A DNA stretch of 59,719 nt from an uncultured Gammaproteobacteria bacterium (GCA_964556475.1 CAZKVU010000005.1:1-59719), one strand, 5' to 3'. Counted from the stretch's first letter, positions 44,397 through 55,070 are shown. The notes: generated from the letters alone by a model not told the origin. Made by a program: numbers and translations.

Positions 44397-46514
44397 ATGA
44401 ATGGCGCATTTATTCCCCACGAATGGGAAACCTCATTATACACTTTTTGGGAAAAAAAAGGCTACTTCAAAGCTCACGTAAATTCAGAAAAAGAACCATT
44501 CTGTATTATTTTACCGCCACCAAATGCTAATGCAGATCTCCATGTTGGACATGCTATGTATGTGTATGAAGATATTATGATCCGTTATAACAAGCTCAAA
44601 GGTAAAGAGGTGCTCTGGTTACCCGGTGCTGATCATGCAGGTTTTGAAACTCAGTTTGTGTATGAAAAACATTTAGCAAAACAAGGAAAAAGCAGATTTG
44701 ATTTCGATCGTGAAACATTATTTAAAGATATTTGGGATTTTGTCATGGCAAACCGCGAAACCATGGAGAATCAATTACGAAAATTAGGATTTGCACTTGA
44801 CTGGTCAAAGAAAAAATTCACCATGGATGACGATATTGTGAAGATTGTTTACCAAACATTTAAGCGCATGCATGATGATGAGTTGATTTATCGAGGTTTA
44901 AAGCTCGTTAATTACTGCACGTTTGACGGTACTTCTTTTTCTGATTTGGAGGTTGTGTATGCTGATAAAAAAACAAGTCTGTGGTATTTACGATATCCGC
45001 TTACTGATAATCCTGAACAGCATATTATTGTTGCAACGACCCGTCCTGAAACAATGCTCGGGGATACAGCCGTTGCTGTTAATCCTAAAGACGCACGATT
45101 TAAGGATTATATCGGTAAAACGGTGAAATTGCCGATCACTGGCCGCGAGATTCCGATTATTGCAGATGACATGGTTGATATGGAGTTTGGAACTGGAGCA
45201 GTGAAGGTTACACCGGCGCATGATCCAAATGATTGGGAAGCAGGTCAAAGACATCATCTAGAAGTAATACAGGTAATTGGTTTTGATGGAAAAATGACTG
45301 CTGAAGCAGGCAAAGAGTATGAAGGCATGTATGGAAAACAGGCTCGGGTAAAAATTGTCGAAGAACTTGAAAAGCAGGGTTTCTTAGATAAAGTTGCAGA
45401 ATACGAACACCGCGTTGGAACATGTTATAAATGTGGTAACCCGATTCAGCCTCTACCTCGCGAGCAGTGGTTTATTAAAGTCCGCCCTCTTGCTGAAAAT
45501 GCAAAGAAAGCCGTCGCTGATGGGCGCATAAGTCTTTATCCGAACCGTTTTGTTAAAGTGTTTGATGATTGGCTTGATAAGTTCCATGACTGGAATATCT
45601 CCCGGCAGATTGTATGGGGTATTCAGATTCCTGCATGGCAATGTTCTGCCTGTTCCGAATGGGTTGTGACAGATGGTGAAGTGCCATCAGAATGTCCTCA
45701 CTGTCATGGAAAAAAACTTGTCCAGGATAGCGACACCTTTGATACATGGTTTTCGTCGTCACAGTGGCCTTTTGCAACTTTACAATCACTCGGGGATGAA
45801 TTGTATCAATATTTTTATCCGACAACTGTCATGGAAACAGGGTATGACATTTTACCTGCTTGGGTAGTTCGAATGGCAATGGTCGGCATATATGCAACTG
45901 GAGATGTTCCATTTCATCATGTTTTCTTACACGGAATGGTTCGTGATAAAAAAGGTCAAAAAATGAGCAAGAGCAAAGGAAATGTTGTCAATCCGATGGA
46001 TATGATTGAAAAATATGGAGCAGACGCATTACGTGCAACGCTTCTTTTTCAATCGTCAGAAGGTGGTGATGTGAATTTTTCAGAAGACAAGATTACGGGA
46101 ATGCGTAATTTTACGAATAAAGTATGGAATATCGGCAGATTTATTAAATTAATGAAAGATGAAGGAAAAACCAATTCTCATGAAAATGGTAATAATGCTG
46201 CTGAAATCCTCCATCAACTCCAAAAAGAATTTGCTGATGTTAAATCAAAAGCACTTTCAGATATGGATAATATGAAATTTTCAATCGCATTTAATGATTT
46301 GTATGAATTTTTATGGCATCGATACGCTGATTTTTATATTGAGGAGTTGAAAGATGCGGCGCGATCTGGTAATATTGAAGTTCTTGAGGGCCTTGAGGAA
46401 ATATATACTCAGACGCTCAAAATTCTTCATCCATATATACCGTTTGTAACAGAAGCAGTATGGAAATCATTTTATGGAGAAGAAGCATCGATTTTAGATA
46501 ACATTATTAATTAA
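44397..46514 (+). CDS. valS: Valine--tRNA ligase (short form without C-terminal coiled coil)
   Basis: [15 protein letters not shown] (HIGH), the editing-domain motif [17 protein letters not shown] and KMSKSKGN. First ATG at 44397 (track TTG 44361). Confidence 0.85.
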   Translation: MNGAFIPHEWETSLYTFWEKKGYFKAHVNSEKEPFCIILPPPNANADLHVGHAMYVYEDIMIRYNKLKGKEVLWLPGADHAGFETQFVYEKHLAKQGKSRFDFDRETLFKDIWDFVMANRETMENQLRKLGFALDWSKKKFTMDDDIVKIVYQTFKRMHDDELIYRGLKLVNYCTFDGTSFSDLEVVYADKKTSLWYLRYPLTDNPEQHIIVATTRPETMLGDTAVAVNPKDARFKDYIGKTVKLPITGREIPIIADDMVDMEFGTGAVKVTPAHDPNDWEAGQRHHLEVIQVIGFDGKMTAEAGKEYEGMYGKQARVKIVEELEKQGFLDKVAEYEHRVGTCYKCGNPIQPLPREQWFIKVRPLAENAKKAVADGRISLYPNRFVKVFDDWLDKFHDWNISRQIVWGIQIPAWQCSACSEWVVTDGEVPSECPHCHGKKLVQDSDTFDTWFSSSQWPFATLQSLGDELYQYFYPTTVMETGYDILPAWVVRMAMVGIYATGDVPFHHVFLHGMVRDKKGQKMSKSKGNVVNPMDMIEKYGADALRATLLFQSSEGGDVNFSEDKITGMRNFTNKVWNIGRFIKLMKDEGKTNSHENGNNAAEILHQLQKEFADVKSKALSDMDNMKFSIAFNDLYEFLWHRYADFYIEELKDAARSGNIEVLEGLEEIYTQTLKILHPYIPFVTEAVWKSFYGEEASILDNIIN

Positions 46515-46522
46515 TAGCCAAC

Positions 46523-46663
46523 ATGTCGAAGCGAACATATCAACCAAAAAAACTGAAAAGAGTACGCAAACATGGATTTCTTGCGAAAAACAGCACAAAA
46601 TCCGGAAGATTGGTCATGAAAAAAAGACAACAAAAGGGTAGGGCTCGAATAGCTTTGTCATAA
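46523..46663 (+). CDS. rpmH: 50S ribosomal protein L34
   Basis: Hand-translated 46 aa, [46 protein letters not shown]. Not in the ORF track because it is under 60 aa. Confidence 0.85.
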   Translation: MSKRTYQPKKLKRVRKHGFLAKNSTKSGRLVMKKRQQKGRARIALS

Positions 46664-46670
46664 CCTTTAC

Positions 46671-47501
46671 ATGGGAGACATATTTCATATCATCCTTGTT
46701 AACCCAACAGCAAATATCCTTCTTTTGTTTTTGTATATATTCACATCACTAAGTATTCCTGGAGCATTCGGATGGGCAATTCTTGCTCTTACCAGCACTG
46801 TTCGTTTGATTTTCAATCCATTTTATGAGAAACAAACAAAAATGGCTCAGGAAATGGCTGCATTAAAGCCGCACATGGAGCAGTTGGAAAAAAAGTATAA
46901 GAATGACAAACAGCAACTCCAGAAAGAGCAGCTTAAACTCTATCAGGAAAGAGGACTTAATCCGGCAGCAGGCTGTATTGTTGCAATAGTTCAAATACCA
47001 TTCTTTATAGCTTTATATAGAGTTATTTTGATGTTCCTCAATGGTAATACTCAAAAAGCTATTGATGGTATTAATAAGTCTGTTTATTTTGACGCGCTCA
47101 AAATTTCAAAAATTGATCCATGGTTTTTTGGTTTCAGCTTAACAACTGCACCATCACACTTTAAAGAAGCAGGATGGTACTATTTACTCGTCCCAGTTGT
47201 GACTGCTTTCTTGCAGTATTATCAGGTAAAGATGCAACAGTCCCCTTCTACTCCAGCAGCTCCACTAAAAGAATCTAAAAAAGTCGAAAAGAAAGATCAG
47301 AAGAAAGATAAAAAAGGTGGTCCGGATGACTTCCAAAGCATTATGCAAAAGCAAATGTTATTTATGTTTCCACTGATGATCGGATATTTTTCATATATTC
47401 TTCCTGTTGGCTTGGCGATATACTGGAATATATTTTCACTCTTTAGCATTTATCAGTACAAACAAAGTTCATGGAAAACCAAGAAAGAATCAAAGAACTA
47501 A
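46671..47501 (+). CDS. yidC: Membrane protein insertase YidC (short, Gram-positive-like form)
   Basis: 276 aa with LKPHMEQLEKKYKNDKQQLQKEQLKLYQERGLNPAAGC...QIPFFIALY. Confidence 0.8.
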   Translation: MGDIFHIILVNPTANILLLFLYIFTSLSIPGAFGWAILALTSTVRLIFNPFYEKQTKMAQEMAALKPHMEQLEKKYKNDKQQLQKEQLKLYQERGLNPAAGCIVAIVQIPFFIALYRVILMFLNGNTQKAIDGINKSVYFDALKISKIDPWFFGFSLTTAPSHFKEAGWYYLLVPVVTAFLQYYQVKMQQSPSTPAAPLKESKKVEKKDQKKDKKGGPDDFQSIMQKQMLFMFPLMIGYFSYILPVGLAIYWNIFSLFSIYQYKQSSWKTKKESKN

Positions 47502-47923
47502 CCGGTGAATTATTTAATAAGCTGGGCTTCACTGTTACCGTTGAAGTGAGCGAGGAAGGTGAAGGTTATTATGTGCACGTTAAAACTGATGAGGATGCTT
47601 CAATGTTGATTGGACGTCATGCACGAATGTTGGCGTCGCTGCAGAGGGTTTTGTCCGCAATGCTGTATAAACAGCTCGAGAATAAAGTGGATGTTTTGCT
47701 TGATATTAATGATTACCGGGCCGGACAAAAAGAACGTTTGAGAAATATTGCACAGAATGTTGCGCAAAGAGTTCTTGATGAAGACCGATCGGCGCGTCTT
47801 GCATCATTCTCTCCATACGAACGCCGCATTATTCACGAATTTGTTTCTGAGAACTATTCGACTCTTGAATCTCATTCAGAGGGCGAAGGAAACCAACGCG
47901 TGCTTGTTATTCAGAAGAGATAA
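47471..47923 (+). CDS. jag: Jag/KhpB-type RNA-binding protein (KH + R3H domains)
   Basis: 150 aa with the R3H motif ERRIIHEFVS, in the canonical position after yidC. Confidence 0.75.
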   Translation: MENQERIKELTGELFNKLGFTVTVEVSEEGEGYYVHVKTDEDASMLIGRHARMLASLQRVLSAMLYKQLENKVDVLLDINDYRAGQKERLRNIAQNVAQRVLDEDRSARLASFSPYERRIIHEFVSENYSTLESHSEGEGNQRVLVIQKR

Positions 47924-48009
47924 TAGTCGGGTTACACAGGCCGCTTCTTCTTCTCGCTTATTCTTTTGCAATCATCTATACTGATATTATATGCGGTGTA
48001 CCGTACTTC

Positions 48010-48038
48010 TTGACGTGGAAATAATAATAAGGTATAAT
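48010..48038 (+). promoter_or_regulatory. Near-consensus sigma70 promoter TTGACG-17 nt-TATAAT
   Basis: TTGACG at 48010-48015, a 17-nt spacer and TATAAT at 48033-48038, ending 22 nt upstream of ATG 48061. Confidence 0.5.
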
Positions 48039-48060
48039 ACTATAAGTTTAGAAAACTTAA

Positions 48061-48300
48061 ATGAAAGTCTTTAATAGAAATATTAGACTTGTTAGTTTTC
48101 TACCATTCCTGGTTTTACTTCTTGCGGCCCCTCTCTTACTTCTCTTTGACACAGTCTACTACATGCTTGTTCGACCAGCTTGCTTAAATTGTGGATCACT
48201 TGGTGAGTTCGTAAAGAATGCTTCGTTAACAGTACATTTGTTTAGTACTATCGGATTTGCTGGTTTGCGTGATGTTACCAGTTTGCATAAACGATCATGA
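48061..48300 (+). CDS. Hypothetical 79-aa protein with N-terminal TM/signal-like segment
   Basis: LVSFLPFLVLLLAAPLLLLF. Its stop overlaps the start of the 1355-aa ORF (ATGA at 48297-48300). Confidence 0.4.
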   Translation: MKVFNRNIRLVSFLPFLVLLLAAPLLLLFDTVYYMLVRPACLNCGSLGEFVKNASLTVHLFSTIGFAGLRDVTSLHKRS

Positions 48301-51300
48301 CAGGAGGACCTGATGTAGCGGTGGCAACAGCAGAGGCGGTCGGAGTAATCCCGGTTGAAACAAGCACCGGAATAGCCGAACAAAGACCGCGTGATCTAAA
48401 GGCTGAATTCATTGCGCAATATGTCAGGTATGACGATGAAGGCAAACTTATTCTACCTGATGCCACACGAAATAGACTTGAAGAAATGAGGGTTCTCAAT
48501 GTTGCAGAAGCTGATACCGTACTCATTGGTAAAGGAGATGATTTTTCAAAGAATTATGTTCATGCAACAACTATCGGACTTATTGAAGCTGCAAAAGCAG
48601 GGTTGCTTCCCGATATTACTCCAGAGGCTCGGGTAATATTCACAGAATTAAGTACGCGTGCTGTTATACCTCGTTCTGGAGCACCATATTTAGCAGATAT
48701 TGTTGACGTGCTGCTTGAAGGAAACCCGTTGTTTTCTTCAGGCGATCATCCACTGACAAAATTTGAAGAAACATACATGAAGCTCGTCCCGCAGAATCCG
48801 ATTGCAGCAAAGATCATCTGGAGAGCACTTACTCAAGCTCATCGGACAAACCAAATCGTTGTTGATAAGTTTGAGGAGAAGTTTCCAAACCCGACCACGG
48901 CGATTGAACGACTAAAAGAAGCGCGTCAAAGACAACAAGCCGAGGCGGCTGGCCAAACCGGTACAACACCTAGCGATAGAACTAAGCAAGATGAGGCGCC
49001 TACTCAGAGACCAAAAACAGCACCTCGCGTAAAAACAGAGCAAGAGGTAGCGCTCGAAAAGGAGTATATGGATTTATACAGGACTGTGGCGACGCAAATA
49101 AGCGATTACGAAAAACGGGTATACAGTAAGTGGGAGCCTACTCTTGACAGTCAGAAAAGAATTATGCGGGACAAGGATGGAAATCCACTGAATCCGGCGA
49201 TATCACCTGATCGTAGAAGATTGTTAGATTCAATCCTATCACAAGGAAAATCTCCTGAAGGGTTAAGTGACGATGATAAAGAATTTTTACGATCGATTGG
49301 AATAGAGACAACGAGTCTTACACGACTAGCTTCATTATATGGAAGTGTTGGTAGTGATAGCTCATTTAGAATTGGAGAGTATACACCTATTAGAGCAATG
49401 ACGCCAGATGAAATGAAAGAGTATATAAAAGGTTTGACAAATGATGCTGAAAGAAGTGTTGGAACCGATCTTGCTGCCCCATTTGTTGAAATAACACTTA
49501 GATTTCAGAGAGATTTTGTTGAGGGGACGCCGATGTGGAAAAAATATTTAGAACAGGTACAAAATCCGCGTTTCCCAGGTGATCCAAGCAAAAAGATTTG
49601 GGTATTTAAGGAAGATCGAAACCTGCGGAAAGAATTTCAGCGTGAATTTGTTGATCGGCCGCTCTATAGCTTCTTTGAACGCATTGATAAAGACGTAACT
49701 CGAACATACAGGGATATATATAATCCCATTATTCACGGACGTTACCTGGAACATGTTATGGGTTTGTTACGAGGACTGCAAAGGAATCTTGAAGGTAAGG
49801 TGGATATAGCAAGCGGTATTGACGAACGATTTCAGAGAATCCATTTAGGAACTGACCCGACTAATAAACTGAATGTGCAAATTGGCCACTCTCTTGATTT
49901 TATGGATACCATGATTAATTATGGAAATTCATTGCAGAATTATGGACAAATCTTCCATGATCTTCCTATCTATGCTAATGATCCAAGTTCGATTGAAAAA
50001 TGGGGAGGCATGCTTGCATCACTACCTGCTTCACAACAGGCAATGTTTCTTGATGATCCATTGATTGAAATTGCTCAGTCGGTATATGGACGACATTTAC
50101 GATCGAGAATTGCACTTAATGGTGATAAAATTCCTGCCGATATTTTAGGGGGAAAGTATGATCCTGAATTGGTTAGGTCGAGCATACCAGATTTAGTAGC
50201 TGTAAGAAATGATCTTACGCGTATTGTTGAAATACGCAGACCTGAGGGTGGGAGAACAATTGAAGACTGGGAATTTGCCCGCGCAGCAACATTTGCCCGA
50301 GGTATTCAGCTACTCAATTTGAGAGCAATAGAAATTATTGGATCAGCTCGTATTGCAGATCACTATCGTGGTATTCCGGACCTCGTAGCAAAAACTTCAC
50401 AGCGTCATAAATGGAATCAGGGACGTGGAGGACAGCATAACCAGTTAACGCCGGAAGTTATTGGATCAATGTATACGAACATTAACCCAGTACGAGGAAA
50501 TTGGCTTGATAAGCTTGTTTCTCGAATGACCGCTACAAAACACGATCCAGTTGCTATCAAAAAGCTCGCAGAGGAATCATTACATGCATTTGGTCTACAA
50601 GGAATGGATTTTGATCTTACCGATCAATATTCAACATATCTTGAATTGATGAATATTTTCAATCTGGGAAGTCTATTTACCCGACAAGGATGGAGAATTC
50701 AACATATCCTCGGATATGAGGATAGGCCTGGTCACAAAGGAATTGCTGATGAAATGAAGAGCGCAGGTTTGAATAAAGGCGAAATGATGACATGGGACAG
50801 AGCTCAGTGGGGTCAATTTTACGACATTATTACGTCTCAAATTGGGTCAGGTGCGACATGGTTCTGGGGCGGGCAGGAAAATAGTCATAGTGGTTTGGCT
50901 GCCTCAATGACCGAACAACTTTTCCATCATTATGGAAAATCACAGGGTTGGAGCGATGACGAAATTCATCACAAGCAGCATTCATATTGGACTGAAGGAA
51001 AAGATACATTCAAAGTAATTGGAGTTAAAGTTCAAGGTCATCAAGAATCTGCGGCATATGCTCGACGAGAAATGGATTTAACAAGTATATACCAGCAGCA
51101 TTTACATCAGTCACGAGGTCTTCTGTTAGAACGTATGATGCGAAGGAGTCCTGGAGATTTCCTACTTACTGCAATTCAAATGGCACCTCAACTTGTCGAG
51201 TATTATAAAGATGAGGCAACGAGCGTGTGGGGTACTCCAACAGATGAAAAAATAATCAATCAGCAACGAAAGCTTATTAATCTTTTTGGTGAGCATGGAT

Positions 51301-52364
51301 TTAAACAATTGCAGGGTCTAAGGGATTGGGTTATTAAGCTTGATACAGCTTACAGTGGAGATGATCGGTTTAAAGAAGAAATAAATCCAAATTATGCTGA
51401 TCCTCAACTAAAAAGAAAGGCAATTGTTGAATTTGCCATTAAGGAATTAGGAGTGGCCCTTGAAAATACTCGTCAAATTCATGAATTGAGATCCCGTGAT
51501 GGTACTCGATCTAACGATTTAACAATGCAGCCGGATGCAATTCCTGATCATGATGGCAAAGGAACACTGCGTAAACTTGTTTTTGGGGAAGATGCAGCTG
51601 ATAAAACGGCATTACTATCAATGTGGACATCTGACGATCTTGATCATGGAGATGTTGATAAAATTAATCAAAAAAGTTTCTTTTTCGGCTTGGCCAAAGC
51701 ATGGACGACACTTAATGGTGATACTCATATAGACACAGCGGATATTGATAATTATCAAATCTATGAGGATATAGCAGGGGTAGGTGAACTCGTTATTAAA
51801 CGACTCGTGGGCGATCAGGTCGCATGGAATGAGGTTACAGAACAGTTAATGGGCATTGATGAACTTATCGAGGAGGTAGGGCGTACAGGTGAGCTGGAAC
51901 CAGTCTATGAATTGGCAAAGCATATTTTTGAGTTGCGCAAGATTATAGGGGAGGAACCTGCAAAAAAGGCAGTATATATAATGGCAAGTATGGTCGCAAC
52001 ATATATGTGGGAGCACGATTTAGCACGATTCCCGTTCATTACCAATACTCCATGGGGATTCTTCCTACAACAATCTCTAGGTGATAATATCTCTCTATCA
52101 CGACTTCGATTTGGTCGCCATGCTCATTCGATGGATACAGATCAGATCCGCTCATTTTTCCATACGTTGGGATTTGAATTAGGGGTAATTGGTACAGAGG
52201 GAAGATGGTCGTATCAACACGGAAAAGAGTCATTTGATGCAACTAATACTGAATGGTTTTTGTCAGAATTAATGGTCGGTGGAGGTCTTACTATAGCTAC
52301 GATCATCATTTATCTCATGATAAAGAAAGCTATGGAAGAGCAATCCGGAGGAGGTCATCATTAA
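48297..52364 (+). CDS. Giant (1355 aa) orphan protein, no signal peptide, single C-terminal TM (tail-anchored topology)
   Basis: Uninterrupted 4.07-kb ORF with a Q/A/T/P-rich linker near residues 210-250 and His-rich patches. The C-terminus is GGGLTIATIIIYLMIKKAMEEQSGGGHH. No motif recognised. Confidence 0.7.
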   Translation: MTGGPDVAVATAEAVGVIPVETSTGIAEQRPRDLKAEFIAQYVRYDDEGKLILPDATRNRLEEMRVLNVAEADTVLIGKGDDFSKNYVHATTIGLIEAAKAGLLPDITPEARVIFTELSTRAVIPRSGAPYLADIVDVLLEGNPLFSSGDHPLTKFEETYMKLVPQNPIAAKIIWRALTQAHRTNQIVVDKFEEKFPNPTTAIERLKEARQRQQAEAAGQTGTTPSDRTKQDEAPTQRPKTAPRVKTEQEVALEKEYMDLYRTVATQISDYEKRVYSKWEPTLDSQKRIMRDKDGNPLNPAISPDRRRLLDSILSQGKSPEGLSDDDKEFLRSIGIETTSLTRLASLYGSVGSDSSFRIGEYTPIRAMTPDEMKEYIKGLTNDAERSVGTDLAAPFVEITLRFQRDFVEGTPMWKKYLEQVQNPRFPGDPSKKIWVFKEDRNLRKEFQREFVDRPLYSFFERIDKDVTRTYRDIYNPIIHGRYLEHVMGLLRGLQRNLEGKVDIASGIDERFQRIHLGTDPTNKLNVQIGHSLDFMDTMINYGNSLQNYGQIFHDLPIYANDPSSIEKWGGMLASLPASQQAMFLDDPLIEIAQSVYGRHLRSRIALNGDKIPADILGGKYDPELVRSSIPDLVAVRNDLTRIVEIRRPEGGRTIEDWEFARAATFARGIQLLNLRAIEIIGSARIADHYRGIPDLVAKTSQRHKWNQGRGGQHNQLTPEVIGSMYTNINPVRGNWLDKLVSRMTATKHDPVAIKKLAEESLHAFGLQGMDFDLTDQYSTYLELMNIFNLGSLFTRQGWRIQHILGYEDRPGHKGIADEMKSAGLNKGEMMTWDRAQWGQFYDIITSQIGSGATWFWGGQENSHSGLAASMTEQLFHHYGKSQGWSDDEIHHKQHSYWTEGKDTFKVIGVKVQGHQESAAYARREMDLTSIYQQHLHQSRGLLLERMMRRSPGDFLLTAIQMAPQLVEYYKDEATSVWGTPTDEKIINQQRKLINLFGEHGFKQLQGLRDWVIKLDTAYSGDDRFKEEINPNYADPQLKRKAIVEFAIKELGVALENTRQIHELRSRDGTRSNDLTMQPDAIPDHDGKGTLRKLVFGEDAADKTALLSMWTSDDLDHGDVDKINQKSFFFGLAKAWTTLNGDTHIDTADIDNYQIYEDIAGVGELVIKRLVGDQVAWNEVTEQLMGIDELIEEVGRTGELEPVYELAKHIFELRKIIGEEPAKKAVYIMASMVATYMWEHDLARFPFITNTPWGFFLQQSLGDNISLSRLRFGRHAHSMDTDQIRSFFHTLGFELGVIGTEGRWSYQHGKESFDATNTEWFLSELMVGGGLTIATIIIYLMIKKAMEEQSGGGHH

Positions 52365-52399
52365 CATAACACTTGCAGTACATCTTCACCATAGTTACA

Positions 52400-53272
52400 A
52401 TGAAATGTATGCTTCAGAACTTTGTTAAAAAGTGTTTTATTGTATTTATACTTATATTTTATTCTTTTGCGCTTGTAAGTCCTATTGCCTTTGCACAAGA
52501 CGGTGATAACCCACCCGATCCACCACAAGATGAGCCATCGAATCCAGGAAGAGGGCCTGATCGTACAAAGCCGATGGCAACTGAGGGAGATAGAATTATC
52601 GGAAAAATCGGGACTGGGAAACCAAATGAAGGATGTTTGGCTCCTGTTGAGATAAAGAAGGCTGATATTGTGGACAATGTGGATTTCGATATTCCATACG
52701 TACCAGGATGGTTGGAAGGTGCTTTTCTGTCAAGCCTCACAGGATCATTAGGCGATTCGGGAGCCATTTTTAAAGACATTGAAGATAATGTTAATGCTGG
52801 ACATGACCCGAGTGTTTTGTGTTTAGAGTCTGCAACACCTAGTACAACAGACCCCGAAGAGGTTAAAGCAGGAAAATGTACATGTAACCCTAAACAAGGT
52901 TTCACGATTAAAGAAGATTTCTGTTCAAAAGTTGCCACATCTGAACAATCAAGTTGTCAAACATGCGCTCAAAGTAACGAAGGCGTTTGGACAGCCCTCG
53001 GGTGCATAAAGTTTAATTTGGGCATGTTTATTACTGGAACTCTCTTTAGGCTAAGTATAGGTATCGGTGGGATGATTGCCCTCGGATGTATTTTATATGC
53101 AACAGTTTTACTCCAAATATCGCGAGGTGAACCAGACAAAATTCAACATGCACGTGAACTTATTACATCATGTATTATTGGATTACTTTTAATTATCTTT
53201 TCAATATTTATTCTGCGCTTTGTTGGAGTCGATATATTAAAACTGCAAGATTTAGGAGCCCCGCTGAAATAG
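52400..53272 (+). CDS. Secreted Cys-rich protein fused to a C-terminal T4SS-pilin-like two-TM domain
   Basis: ATG at 52400 gives the signal peptide MKCMLQNFVKKCFIVFILIFYSFALVSPIAFAQD. The C-terminus GVWTALGCI...ISRGEPDKIQHARELITSCIIG parallels the pilins at 34972-35762. Confidence 0.55.
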   Translation: MKCMLQNFVKKCFIVFILIFYSFALVSPIAFAQDGDNPPDPPQDEPSNPGRGPDRTKPMATEGDRIIGKIGTGKPNEGCLAPVEIKKADIVDNVDFDIPYVPGWLEGAFLSSLTGSLGDSGAIFKDIEDNVNAGHDPSVLCLESATPSTTDPEEVKAGKCTCNPKQGFTIKEDFCSKVATSEQSSCQTCAQSNEGVWTALGCIKFNLGMFITGTLFRLSIGIGGMIALGCILYATVLLQISRGEPDKIQHARELITSCIIGLLLIIFSIFILRFVGVDILKLQDLGAPLK

Positions 53273-53285
53273 TCAAACGCAACAA

Positions 53286-55019
53286 TTATGGATGTGTTCC
53301 TTGGGTACCCCCAGTACCTGCAGGTGGATCAAGTGGCTTAAAATATTTTTGGAATAGTTGAGCCTGGGTTGGAGGAATCAGCCTTTCAAAGAACTTACCT
53401 TTAGGCTGGATACCCGCCAAATGTGCAATTTGACCAATTGATCCAAAAGATCCTAGACCTTGTTGTACGCCACCAGTAACCGCCGTTACGCCGCTAAAGA
53501 ACATCCCAACTCCGATATCGAGTCCGAGCTCCGGAATACCTAAGAGTCCCTTTAATAATCGAACGAGCTCAGGTATTAATAGAATGAGGCCCAATCCGAT
53601 TATTGCACCAAAATCTGCCGCAGTAAAACCTTGTCTAATAAAAGGCAAATCCAATGGAGGGATCGTTTGAGAATTATTAATTTCAATAATAAGTCTACCT
53701 GTAGCTAATACCACTGCGACTACTGGAAACGTTAATAATTCTCCAAATAATGTTTTTATCCAATAACTAAACGGGTTTTTACCTGGAATAATTTGAAAGA
53801 GTATGATTAAGGGTGCAAAAATAATGAGCAGAACCACTTTAATGTATGCACCAAGTAATAAAAAGAATAGTCTAAAGAGAAAATATAAGAGCGTAATGAG
53901 AATAAGAAATCCCATTATGTAACCTGCGGCCGTAGTTTGCGCTGATAGGATAGCAAAAACTACCGTAACGGCGAGAAAATCTAGAACCTTTGCAACTCCC
54001 CCAAAATTTATTCCGAAATTTCCTCCGAAACCTAGTGCTGATACACCTCCGCTAGCACCAAGGTCCTTAAAAATATCAGTAAATAATGAAAACTTGAAAA
54101 TATTAAATCTTATAAGCAATGCATTAACAGCACCTCCTAATATGCTATTAATACTACCTTGAATAATGGATGGCATAACGTTATAAATCGCCTTACCTGT
54201 AGAAATAGCCGACGAACCACCCTCCATTAAATTAATTGAAGCAAATCCTGAGCCAATATATCTGTTTACCATATCCAGTCTAAAAACCTCAGAAGCCTGT
54301 CCCTCAGGAAAACCAGATGCAACAATATAGACAAAAGCGCCCATGGAAGCATACATTAAATCAATCATTGCCCCAGCAATAGGGAATGATAATGTGATAA
54401 GAATTAGTGTGATAACAATTCTTGGCAATGCATTTTCTATGGTGACAAGTGTTTGCCCACCTATTTGCCATCTGAACATAATCATAAATCCAACAAATAC
54501 CAAGAGCAGAACAATGAGTAAATAGCTAAAGTTTCTAAAAACTTCCCAAATTTTAAGATACCCTCTAATTGAGGCAAGTCCTACACCTTCATAAGCATAG
54601 GTTTGGGGAATAAAGTCATTATTTTGTAATTTATACATTGCGTAAGAAACTCCTGATGCCGGGACTTTTTCAACAGGTGCTGTTAATAATGGCGTTAGAT
54701 ATCCGAGGACACTCATTTGATGATTTTCCTCAGCTGTGCCTTTAGAACATTGTTCGCCGACAAATCCGCATAGCAGAGCTTTATAACGTGCTATTTTTAT
54801 TACTTTCTCCTGTTTGGTAAAGGATGGGTCATTTTGGAATTCCTTAATGAAGTTATCAGAGCTTGTTTTGAGGGAGTAAATTTCAGGTTTGTATTGAGCA
54901 GTGTTTTTAGGCTTAGTAAGATAAAAGTATGCGTTAATGATTGTCACAAGAACGCCGGTTAATACAAAACCAAATAAGAGTACTTTTTGTACCCTCTTAA
55001 GAAGCTTTAGAATCCTCAT
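53286..55019 (-). CDS. Large polytopic membrane protein (possibly VirB6/TrbL-like)
   Basis: 577 aa with about 10 or more hydrophobic segments and Gly-rich stretches (GASGGVSALGFGGNFGINFGG). The assignment is based on context only. Confidence 0.5.
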   Translation of the reverse strand: MRILKLLKRVQKVLLFGFVLTGVLVTIINAYFYLTKPKNTAQYKPEIYSLKTSSDNFIKEFQNDPSFTKQEKVIKIARYKALLCGFVGEQCSKGTAEENHQMSVLGYLTPLLTAPVEKVPASGVSYAMYKLQNNDFIPQTYAYEGVGLASIRGYLKIWEVFRNFSYLLIVLLLVFVGFMIMFRWQIGGQTLVTIENALPRIVITLILITLSFPIAGAMIDLMYASMGAFVYIVASGFPEGQASEVFRLDMVNRYIGSGFASINLMEGGSSAISTGKAIYNVMPSIIQGSINSILGGAVNALLIRFNIFKFSLFTDIFKDLGASGGVSALGFGGNFGINFGGVAKVLDFLAVTVVFAILSAQTTAAGYIMGFLILITLLYFLFRLFFLLLGAYIKVVLLIIFAPLIILFQIIPGKNPFSYWIKTLFGELLTFPVVAVVLATGRLIIEINNSQTIPPLDLPFIRQGFTAADFGAIIGLGLILLIPELVRLLKGLLGIPELGLDIGVGMFFSGVTAVTGGVQQGLGSFGSIGQIAHLAGIQPKGKFFERLIPPTQAQLFQKYFKPLDPPAGTGGTQGTHP

Positions 55020-55070
55020 TGTAAATTCATTGTAGAAGAATTACGCAGTATATGTCAATCGAGGATTGTT

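Noticed and set aside
48303-48315. AGGAGG followed 5 nt later by ATG (48313), which looked like an SD-driven internal start
   Set aside because: The ATG is out of frame and is immediately followed by TAG. The AGGAGG is just the Gly-Gly codons of the 1355-aa ORF.
52459-52938. 159-aa minus-strand ORF
   Set aside because: It lies entirely antisense to the pilin-fusion gene, which has a signal peptide and a pilin-like domain. No features support the antisense ORF.
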